Shown here one piece after another: positions 40,836 through 52,500 of a stretch of 64,000 nt of DNA (within the stretch, counting starts at the first letter, position 1; each line of letters opens with the position of its first letter). Under the pieces are notes generated by a model that made no database searches, was not told the origin of the DNA, and worked only from the letters and a program-made list of their open reading frames with translations. The translations under genes were made by a program, and so were the position numbers. Source of the stretch: Macrostomum lignano (Eukaryota); assembly GCA_002269645.1 (NCBI GenBank), contig NIVC01002204.1, forward strand, positions 129,371 to 193,370, read 5' to 3'.

Positions 40836-42336
40836 TGGCAAAACGCAGGATTTTGTCTTCCCTACTATAACCAGAAAATCGCCAAAATTATCAACAATAA
40901 CGGTCGCTTTCACTTTCACAAGCTGAAGCTATAAAATTTCAAAGTCGTCAAAGACAAGCAAAATTCATAACCTTACAGAAGCTTCTCAAGTTCGAAACTT
41001 TACTAGTTCGAAATTTCACATCGTTAATTTTGTTTAAGCTGTGAGCTAGCGGAAACGACTGGCTTAAAGCTATTCGACCCGTAAAATTTATGTTGTAACT
41101 TTTAACTTTCAATTGAAGCGTAAAGGCATTAAAAACGAACAAAGAACTTACCTCAAACTAAGCCTCAGTAGAGAGGCTAGGAAAAATTTATTGTTTTAAA
41201 AAGTTTAAGTAAATTATATTTCCGTTTGTGTAATCTCTTGCCTGTTATGTATTTCTATCTGCACAAGTGTATAGTATGGTGTGTAATGATGACCCCTCTA
41301 CCCTGTCACTGCGTGAGACGGCCTTAATATACATTTGAATCATATAGTAAACGCAGCTAAATCTCAGGATAGGCCAACTTCGGGCCAATATAAGAAGGGC
41401 TTGTAATATGCAGCAGTACATTAAATAACTTTCACTGCGTACGCACCAAAAAGGATAGGACGATGAATGTATTAAACACGAGCTAATAATAACATCTTTA
41501 TATGGGCTAAAATTGTGCAAAACTCTGCTATCTAATCCAACCTATTGGCCTGTGTGCGTGCATGTCTGTCCAAAATGTTTACCATAGCTTGAATAAAGGG
41601 TCTCCCTCCTCCATTTGTACTAACATGTTATAGAGCTCGTATTTATAATTAGCTCATTATAGCGTCTTAGAGTAACACTATTTAACATCTACAGCAGTGC
41701 AAATATACAATACGTTTCAGAGTTGAAGATTTTCGTACGGAAGTTCAAATTTCATACGATTAAAGTATGCAATTAGCGTTTGATCATTGTAGCGCGACAA
41801 TTATATAGTACCCTGTACGCGGAGTTAATTGGTTAAGCAAACAAATGAACAGGATTCCGACGCGTATAGGGTCTTAAAGCTCTCATACGAGTATGCACCC
41901 AGCGAACTGCAGTCTCACTTTAATTAGAATTTACCGCCAATTAGTGTAATTAGTTTAATTTACGTGTACCTGTAATTATAGCTGCTCACTGCAGCGTTCA
42001 TATAAGACCTGCTCGTAAAAAACCTCATCGTTTGTTAAACTTTTGGAGCATATACGCGGTGTACATGTTGATTTAGATCTATAGTTGTTAAGATGCTTTT
42101 TTTACAGTAGTTTTTCTAAGCGTGTACATGTATAGCAGAAAGCTATATACTAAGACCAAAATCTATTGGAAACCCACACGAACTGATTGCTGAAAAATTA
42201 ACCATAAGATTAGATTTTTCTAAAAACAACTAACTTAACTAAAATTAACTAGCGTTTTAAAAATTTTTATGTAAAACTCCGCCTGATTGCCTCGATTCTT
42301 GACCTAAAGTTAAGTTTGACCAGCACACAAAGGCCT

Positions 42337-42564
42337 GTACAGCAATCCGACGCCGGCGACCTCACCAACGTTCAATTCTTCTGTCGACGTCCATGATCCA
42401 GACACAGATATGCATTTTTTACATTGTCATTATATCGACGTTCAGCCGACACATGCAGGCGTCGTTTTCCGTGGACGCAATGTAAAAGCACACATTTCTC
42501 ATCGATAATCGATAAAAGACGTCGGGAACATCAGCCAGACGTCGCCGACGTCGGATTGCTGTAC
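42337..42564. mobile_element. MITE with 23-bp terminal inverted repeats
   Basis: GTACAGCAATCCGACGCCGGCGA ... TCGCCGACGTCGGATTGCTGTAC (22/23 complementary); non-coding. Confidence 0.7.
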
Positions 42565-43086
42565 GAGAAGGTCTTCAATCTTGCGTCTTGACCGAATTTA
42601 GGGTGCACGTACTGCATGTACATGTACATGTGCTGAATGTAATTAAATGTACACGACGTACACGTTGTACTTGCTTTCTATTGTCCTGTCGTCCAAGACT
42701 GCCACAGAGGCGGACGGCAACATACATACAGTATGTGGTAAAAACACGAAACTCCAAAAATTTTTGGTTACAAATCTTGGTTTTTTTGTCCACATATCAT
42801 AAAATTCATTGTGACAACCCGCGAGTGCTGCACTTTGCTTTTCTTACATGTACCTGCAAGCTGGTGGCCGAAACCGAAAGTTGAGCACCTGCCACTTGCA
42901 CATGCATCCAATCACTTTTTCAGTGGCCGGAAAAATTATTATTGTAAGCAGGTACAAATTTATTATATGTATAATGTACATTAAAATAAAATCGCCGAAT
43001 AAGCTTGTGACGGTGAAAATTATGCATGCGTCATGAATTTAAAATAGTACATGTACATATGGTACATGCTACTTACATGTTTACAA

Positions 43087-43398
43087 GGGGGGCGCTTCAT
43101 AAGACCTAAATTTCACAACGCCTAAAATCGAAAATGCAGCCTCCTTCACAACGCCTAAATTTCATATCGCCTAAATTTCACAACACCTAGAACTGAATGT
43201 GAAGGAAAGAAGCAAGGATTTTGGTGTTGTGAAATTTAGGCGTTATGAAATTTAGGTAATGTGAAGGAGGCTGCATTTTTGATTTTTAGGCGTTGATCGA
43301 AATTTAGGCGATGTGAGAAGGAGCGTGCAAATTTTAGGCGTTGTGAAGTGTAATTAGTTTTAGGCGTTGTGAAATTTAGGTCTTATGAAAGCGTCCCG
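43087..43398. mobile_element. Foldback MITE (long inverted repeats built from AAATTTCACAACGCCT sub-repeats)
   Basis: GGCGCTTCATAAGACCTAAATTTCACAACGCCTAAAA is mirrored by TTTTAGGCGTTGTGAAATTTAGGTCTTATGAAAGCGTCC; internal AAAATGCAGCCTCCTTCACA / TGTGAAGGAGGCTGCATTTT also pair. Confidence 0.8.
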
Positions 43399-45216
43399 TT
43401 ACATGCATGTGCTGCAATTAAAAACGGGATTTTCTATCAGGATGCGGGACGTCCATGCCAAGAGGAATTATTACAAAATATCACATTTCTATCTCCATCG
43501 TAAATTTTCGACCAGCTACCAGCCAAAAAATACAGTTGACAACGTACATGCTTAATCTGTTTTTACGCTAAACTGGATTGGCTGCAGCTGTATCATTATG
43601 CCGACTACGCTCTGGCTTAATCACTGTGCGTGGATGTACATGTACATGTACCGTACATGTATAGCTGTACATACATATATATGCATGTAACTATATGTAC
43701 ATGAGTACATAAATCCAAAATGGCAATTCAAAGTTGATGTAGCCTTTACAATATTTTTCGTACTTGGTTTCTAAAAAGAAACGGATAAAGTACATAGTAT
43801 TTAACGAGGCCACGGAAATAGAAAACAAAATGATAAATACCAGCACATGCTATTTAGGACTAAGATAATTGGGGAAAATTTAATAATCGAGAAATACTTT
43901 GATTCAGAATCTGACTCAAGGAATCAAATCTTTCGTGAGTACAAGAATAATTTTCTTTTACTTAGTAGAGTTGTTATTTTTAGTTTCGGCGCATTATTTA
44001 AGATCGATCGTTTGAAAGCAGTTTTTTAATTATTTCTGCTCGTAGTAAAGTCGGTCCGTCCGTGTAGAGTCGAGTATGATCTGCAGGAGTTAGAACTTAC
44101 CATTTAAGCTCCAGTTTTACACTATTAGAATTGTATCCTGCTTTAGTACTGAAAAAATTAAGTGCTGTACGTGTAGGTTGTAGCTGATCAACTAGACAAT
44201 ATTTTTTTATCTGGTACAACTAAATATCACTTAACATTTTTATCGGCATCGCACCATACCATGGTCTGCCTCGAACTTGATTTTCACTTTAACTACGCAA
44301 ACAGCAAGTCTTATGTTATATAGTGTATTTTTTATGTTAAATATACTCTTTGACTTTGACATGACTGAACCAACTAAAGCAATCTTGGACCTTTTATTTA
44401 GGCCTAGTGCACACGCCACCACTGCCACTCACTAGTGTATACTTATTTCTGAGCTATATATTAAGCTATATGCAACTAGTTAGGGGGGTCTACAATATCT
44501 ATAAGCAGGCTACATAATATTTGTTATATGTTAATGCTTTTAAGTTTTAATTGGGTAAAAAAGAATTGTTTTGGCATAGACATCCTGAAATTCTAAAAAT
44601 AATTGTTAAATTTATGCACCAAGCTTAGAAAAAAGGAAGCATTAATGTGGAACATATTTATTCAGCCTAAAGTTTAGCTTAGGCCCTAGGTTTTGTTGCT
44701 AATTGAGTCTTAAGTTATTTTAATTTGTTTCTTTTAGTCAATATATACTAGAAGTGTCTAGTGATACCCATATTGTGATAGAAAAAAGCTAGGCCCTAAA
44801 TAAGAGTATTAATTGCTTTTTTGTATCTAGAGTAGCTTTACTTCATAAAAATTAGTTTTGTAAATGCTAGGCCTATAATAGACCCTGAAATTTGTGTTTT
44901 CTCAATTTTTAAGCTATAGACTGAAATTTTGCTATGAATTAATTGAATGTTTTTATTTAATTACTAAAAAGTTGGTTATAACATTAATTTAAATTTTCCT
45001 CCTTTCAAATATTTACATTATTTATATCTAATATACTTGATTAATATCCTTTTAAACTTCATAAAGAAATACATTACACAATATAAAGTCATTGGTATAT
45101 CATTAGTCACTAAGCTTATGTGAATAAATTATTTTTATCATATTACTGTCTAGAATTTTCATTAGCTAATTGGCAGTTCATTTTATGCTTTCTTTTCATG
45201 CTCAATAGACAGGAAA

Positions 45217-45314
45217 ATGCAAAACTTTGAAGCTACCAAGTGTCCATCCGATGAGCTGTCTCTGACTAATAAAATTTTTTTCAACCCAAATGATGTACGA
45301 AGCCTAAAGAATCA
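45217..45314 (+). CDS. NSF: NSF exon 1 (not in ORF track)
   Basis: [32 protein letters not shown]; CA|gtgagt. A few upstream codons from an earlier exon cannot be excluded. Confidence 0.88.
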
Positions 45315-48300
45315 GTGAGTTATTTTCAAAGTTATTTTGAAGTATGTAACTGATTTCTGGAACTAATTAACTTTTTTACTTAGCATGTAAGAAATGTCTA
45401 CGTGGACAATACTATTTATAAAAAACTACAATTAAGCTACTATCAGAGTTGGAAATCATATGAGTGGATCTTTGGAATAGTCTCAAAGTCTTGGGTTTGA
45501 ATATTTCTAAGAGGTTGAAAGCCACGAAGTTGGAAACATCAGGTGAGATAATCTCTCATCGCTCAAAACACGTGTATCATGGTTAAAAGTTTGAGAGATG
45601 TAAATCTCATAGTCGGAAAACTTATGGTTTGAACTTTTGGTTATGAATTTCTTAAAGACAGAAATCTCAGTGGTTAGAACTCTGTGGTGGAAATCTCAAC
45701 GGCTGGAAATCTTAGTGGTGGAAATCTCAACGGCTAGAAATCTCAATGGTGGAATTCTCAACGTCTGGAAATCTTAGTGGTGGAAATCTCAACGGCTAGA
45801 AATCTCAATGGTGGAAATCTCAACGGCTAGAAATCTCAGTCGTGGAAATCTCAACGGCTAGAAATCTCAATGGTGAAAATCTCAACGGCTAGAAATCTCA
45901 ACGACTAGAAATCTCAATGGTGGAAATCTCAACGGCTAGAAATCTCAATGGTGGAAATCTCAACGTCTGGAAATCTTAGTGGTGGAAATCTCAACGACTA
46001 GAAATCTCAATGGTGGAAATCTCAGGTTTTAAACTAGTCTTTTAAATCTTAGGCTTTTGAAATATTAGCTTAGGAGACGCCCTAATAAGTAAAATAATAA
46101 CTCAATAGTAATAAAGTAGAACCTCAGCTTTGTTTCTATACGCGTATAAAAGCTCTCAAAGCAGATCCACACAATGCCCAACTCATCTGGGACCCCCCCT
46201 GACAGGTTCATCAAAATCCACAGCGGCTCCGGCTCCTATGCATTCCTACTGGACTCCAATCCGAGCATTCCAACTGGCAAGGCCGGCTTCAGTCTCGTGC
46301 AGGTTTGTCGCCTATTTTTATCTTTAACAGAAGCCTTCTTTATGGCCTTCTTAACATAAGTAATCAAACGAATTGACCGATGCACTCTTAGTACCCAGGA
46401 AATTTTTTGTCGCTTAATCTCAACCGTGCTCTTGACTGTGAAAATTTGATTACTTGCTTGCTTGATTGATTTCTTCCAGCCCTCGATTTTATTATAAACC
46501 CTTAATAGTTGATTGAATAATTTCCGCCTGTAGGAGTTATAAAGTGTATTTATTAATCAAACTTGCATAAGTACTTTTAGAAGTGAAATTAGATTGACTG
46601 TTTAATTTTACATCAATATTATATTTATAGTGGACAAAGATACTTTGGAGCTCTCCTGACTCTTTTCTCGGCGCCCTCTGACTCTTCTTTGCGCCCTCCT
46701 GACTCTCTTCCTGACGCTTTCCTGACTCTCTTCCTGGCGCTTTCCTGACTCTCTTCCTGGCGCTTTCCTGACTCTCTTCTTGGCGCTTTTCTGAATCTCT
46801 TCTTTGCGCCCTCCTGACTCTCTTCCTGGCGCTTTCCTGACTCTCTTCTTTGCGCCCTCCTGACTCTCTTTCGGCGCCCTCCTGACTCTCTTTCTGGCGC
46901 CCTCCTGACTCTCTTCCTGGCGCCCTCCTGACGCTTTTCTCGGCGCCCTCCTGACTCTTTTCTCGGAGCTTTCTTGACTCTCTTCTTGACGTTTTCATGA
47001 CACTCTTCTTGGCACTTTCCTGATTCTTTTCTTGGCGCCTTTCTGACTCTCTTCGTGGCGCTTTTTTGAGTCTCTTCTTTGCGCCCTCCTGACTCTCTTC
47101 CTGGCGCCCTCCTGACGCTGTTCTTGGCGCTCTTCTGACTCTTCTGGCGTTCTCTAACGCTCTCTTTTGCGCCCTTAGAAATTAAATAGCACTTAAAGTA
47201 GTCGAGTTTCATTTATACTGCTAGTCTAAACTAAAGCCAATAAACCTGAAAATAACCGGTTACATGGGTTTAGGATTAGTGTGAATTCTGCTCACAAGCT
47301 TGCAAGTATGTTTAACTTTCACAAGTATTTTTAACGGCAGAAGTTTTTCAGTTTTATCCTACTCATGTATTCCTTTAGTCTCTCTCTGTGTCTCTCCCCT
47401 CACTCAGTTCCCTTACTCAAGGGTACACTGGATAAGAATGAAATTGGAGACTAGTAGAGGTACTCAAATAAAATCCTCTGCCCCTTGCTCGCCCCAATTG
47501 AACTTCTTCCCCATAATAAAAAAGAGAGTGTACACAAGATAACTCCCGTTCATTCTTCCTCTTCTCTGCTCCCAACGGTGGATGCCCTCCTTGTACCCGA
47601 CACAATATCGATCGGATTCAGCAAACAATACCCACAAGCATCAACGCATGGGTTTAGGGAAGAAAAGTGTACGTTCACATCCCAATAGAGAGGATAGGAT
47701 TAGAGTGAAAGATGCTAAAGCCTTCTGTACTCCTATATATATAGAGGACTAATTCTGGAAGTGTTGATGCAGCACCGGCATAAAACTCGTGCGGTTGCAC
47801 TGTAATATAAAGACAACAAGAGATCGTCAATCATGAGTTCTGCGGTTGCACTGTAATATAAAGACAACAAGAGATCGTCAATCATGAGTTCTGCGGTTGC
47901 ACTGTAATATAAAGACAACAAGAGATCGTCAATCATGAGTTCTGCGGTTGCACTGTAATATAAAGACAACAAGAGATCGTCAATCATGAGTTCTGCGGTT
48001 GCACTGTAATATAAAGACAACAAGAGATCGTCAATCATGAGTTCTGCGGTTGCACTGTAATATAAAGACAACAAGAGATCGTCAATCATGAGTTCTGCGG
48101 TTGCACTGTAATATAAAGACAACAAGAGATCGTCAATCATGAGTTCTGCGGTTGCACTGTAATATAAAGACAACAAGAGATCGTCAATCATGAGTTCTGC
48201 GGTTGCACTGTAATATAAAGACAACAAGAGATCGTCAATCATGAGTTCTGCGGTTGCACTGTAATATAAAGACAACAAGAGATCGTCAATCATGAGTTCT

Positions 48301-49081
48301 GCGGTTGCACTGTAATATAAAGACAACAAGAGATCGTCAATCATGAGTTCATCTCGACCATCGTCAACTGGAAAGCCGAGCGATCGACTAAACGCACAAA
48401 CTGTGCCAGCCTTCGGTCCCAGAGGCCGGCTAACAACATTTCAAGCTGCTTATGAGACCGGCCTAGTGCCCTGCCGGCTGCAGCACGGCTCCGTGCGGCA
48501 TCGGTTGTCATGGCAACAGCCCATAGACAGTCTAGACTTGGATCCCCTAGTTGTGTACATGGCCCAGGGCCTATTAGAAACCAAGCATCCGTATTGTTTC
48601 TTAAGCCAGCAAGGTCTGCAGGAGCTTCTGACAGCTCGGCAAGCTGCGATTCAACTGCCGTCGCTGTTGCCACGTCTGGTGCCTCATCTGAAAGCGGCTC
48701 TGGCCGCGCCAGCTAAGCAGCATCCAAACGCGTTCGAAGCCGCTTTAAAATGCTGCACTCTGATCAGCGCCGCTGTAGGGCCTCAGTTGAATTCTCACCT
48801 GTCTTCTCTGCTGCCAAGCATGGCCAGACTGATGGTGAACGGGTCGCAGTCTAGCAGAGAGGCAATCGTGACAGCCCTGCAACAGTTCGAGACCAACGGA
48901 GCGCCGGAGGCTCTGGCAATTATTAAGTCAAGGATACCGACGTACACGGCTGCCATTTGATCTGGACTAATTTGTTTTGAAAATCAGTTTTCTTTCTCAG
49001 TTTTGAAGAGATGTTTTACTCAGTTTACGATTCAGTTCTGTATGGTTATGAAGCCCCTGTCGCCCTCTCCTTCTCTCTCTG

Positions 49082-49112
<31 letters not shown>

Positions 49113-49197
49113 CCCTATCTCTCTCTCCCTCTTTCTCTCTCTCCCCTCTCTCTCTCTCTCTCTCTCTCTCCCTCCCTCTCTCTCTCCCTCTCTCTCT

Positions 49198-49266
<69 letters not shown>

Positions 49267-49448
49267 ATCTCTCTCCCTCTTTCTCCCTCTCTCTCTCTCT
49301 CTCCCTATCTCTCTCTCCCTCTCTCCCTCTTTCTCCCTCTCTCTCTCTCTCCCTCTCTCTCTCCCTCTCTCTCTCCCTCTCTCTCTCTCTCCCTATCTCT
49401 CTCTCCCTCTCTCTCTCTCCCTCCTCTCTCTCTCCCTCTCTCTCTCCC

Positions 49449-49521
<73 letters not shown>

Positions 49522-52500
49522 ATCTCTCTCCCTCTTTCTCCCTCTCTCTCTCTCTCTCCCTATCTCTCTCTCCCTCTCTCTCTCCCTCTTTCTCCCTCTC
49601 TCTCTCCCTCTCTCTCTCTCTCTCCCTCTCTTCCTCTCTCTCTCTCCCCTCTCTCACTCTCTCTCTCTCTCCCTCTCTCTCTCCCTCTTTCTCCCTCTCT
49701 CTCTCCCTATCTCTCTCTCTCCCTCTCTCTCTCTCTCCCTCTTTCTCCCCCTCTCTCTCTCCCTCCCTCTCTCTCTCTCCCTTTCTCCCTCCCTCTCTCT
49801 CTTTCTCTCTTCCTCTCTCCCTCTCTCTCTCTCCCCCCTCTCTCTCTCTCCCTATCTCTCTCTCCCTCTTTCTCCCTCTCTCTCTCTCTCCCTATCTCTC
49901 TCTCCCTCTCTCTCTCCCTCTCTCTCTCTCTCCCTCTCTCTCCCTCCCTCTCTCTCTCCCTCTCTCTCTCCCTCCCTCTCTCTCTCCCCTCTCTCCCTCT
50001 CTCTCTCTCCCCTCTCTCCCTCTCTCTCTCTCCCTCTCTCTCTCCCTCTCTCTCTCTCCCTCTCTCTCTCCCTCTCTCTGTATCCCTCTCCTCTCCCTCT
50101 CTCTCTCTTATCTCTCACTTTCAATTTAGGCATATTATGATATCCATCCCTAGCTGCTTGTGTTTTTGTTCCTCTGTTCCTCTTTTCTTGGCAACTCTTA
50201 GTCTTTCCATTCATTTTCTAGCGGGTTGTTCGACTTAAAATATAAAGTTTAATATAGATTTCTTTCAGTGAGACAAACTATTTTAGTCAACAATATTGAA
50301 ACGAATACAGCAATGCAATGCTGTGCGCACTAAAAAATATGAAACTACGAATACTCTTCAGTGATTTTAGCACCCCTTTGCTGTTGCGTCCGCTTTTTGA
50401 AGGCTCCAAAGAATCTATCAAGTGGCTGAAAAATCAGTTAGGCAAGAAAATGTTTATGTTCATGGCGTAACTTGAGCCTTAAGTTTCTATAAGAGAACAA
50501 TATCCTCTTTTAGTGATGCTTGAATAATAAGTTGCCATTCTAAGCCGCAGAGAATTTGTAATATTACTACAAAAGATTTACATTGAAATATATTGTTCTA
50601 AGATTACTTAAGCTGAAATATTTTTATCAATCCTATGTATATCAAAAACCAATTTTTCACCAATGGTTTGTGCGACGAAGTTCACAGAAAATAAAAAATC
50701 CAAAGTAAAATAATTAGAATAGCTCTTACATGTAAATAAGTATAGTCAACTACAGGGAAATATGCTTGCACTTTGCTCAGCTTAACTGGCAAAGTAAAAC
50801 AAAAGTTAAAATAGACGGAAAAAGTACATTTGACAAAGCATTCTACAAGCGAGCAAATAAATAAGAAGTTTTAAACGAAAATTTTAATTTCATCTTAAAT
50901 AAGCACAGAAATAATCATTGGGCTCAGGTCAGCACTTCAATCGATGCAATTTAAATAAGTTTTATTTGATTCAAGCTAAAAAAGTAAAAAGTAATGTAAT
51001 TCACATTTTAAACAAATTTCAGAGCTAATAATGGTTTTTAGAAAGTCACACTACATGATTTATTTATCGATAAGCTCAAGTTCAATGAAGTAATTCACCA
51101 GTCTCTAAATTATATTTCCCGTAACACGTAAATATTATTACATAAACGACACAACTTTGTTATAATCGATTTTAAAAAAAAAATTCAAATTTTAGCGCCG
51201 CTGGGCCAACGTGAGCATTGGGCAGCCTGTCAGCGTGGAGTTCAACTGTTCGTTCGATCCGCGCACAACCTGCATCGCCACGGTGACTCTAGAAGCTGAC
51301 TTTCTGCTGAAGAAGAGGTACGGAGAGTCCTGGAATTAAAACTAAAGGGCCTTCTTTTTCGCTTGGATTTAGAAGACTGAGGGGATACCAGGATAGAGAG
51401 ATAGATAGAAATAGTAGGAAATCATCGCCAGGGTTGCCCGTAGTCCTCCGGCGAAAATTTATTTATATATACTGGTATAACAGTGCATAATAAACAATCT
51501 CATACGCTAGGGGTTCGAAAATTGAATGAAAATTTATTAGGATCAGAGAGCTTGATTTAATTAACTCAAAGGAGAGACTTTTGATTCGCTCCACCTATTG
51601 AAACTCAATGTTGTGCAATAGCCCTCAGTTGCGTGTATAGAAAAGCTACTGTATATCAGTATAAACGCATCTAATGCCATTTAACTACTAGTGAAATCCT
51701 TAATGGATCTCTGATCTTGCTTCGATTAAAGTACATACCCGTACTTCTGGAACTTGACTTGACTTTCTCGATTCGTCTCGTCTCTTCTGTCCTCTTGGCT
51801 ATTTTCCTCTTCATAGCTCTGGGGAGAGTCTGTCGGGCATGAAGTTGAGCACGGAGTTAGCTAAAGAGTCTGGTAAATTAGTTTTCATTATGCAGATTCA
51901 GGCTTGTTGTTCGCGCAGGCCGTGTGTGTGTGTTGTGTTGTACTTTTAAAGACCGGCTGTAGCTCTCAGCTAATTTATTTCTTTTTACAAGCAGTGGAAA
52001 CGAAGGCAACTCGCTCGGGTGTTCTGCTCCATTTCTTGGATATTCAGAGGACGTGAAGATGTGTCTTTACTTTGATTTATTACTAATACCCTACAAGCCT
52101 TAGTTTTCTAGTTTGTTTAATCTGCATTGACCTTGATATTAGCTATGTTTATACAGACTCTAGTGACACAATGTCCTTATTTAACGACTTAATCATTTAT
52201 CTGGTCGAATGCTCAAACAATTCATTTATTGGATTATAGTTTGTACTGGTTACTGGACTATGCGATAGTTAATCGTTTCACGTTTTTGACCGCTGTGTCG
52301 ATTTTTTTGCTTCACTTTTCCAGGACAGGAATTTAAGGAATTTATTCTCTGATTGGCTATATGGTTTATAGCTATTCTCTGATTGGTTCCGGGGTTTGTA
52401 GCTGAGATTCTCGGGTTTGTAGCTTGAGATTCTCTGATTGGCTACGGGGTTTGTAGCTTGAGATTCTCTGATTGGCTACGGGGTTTGTAGCTTGAGATTC

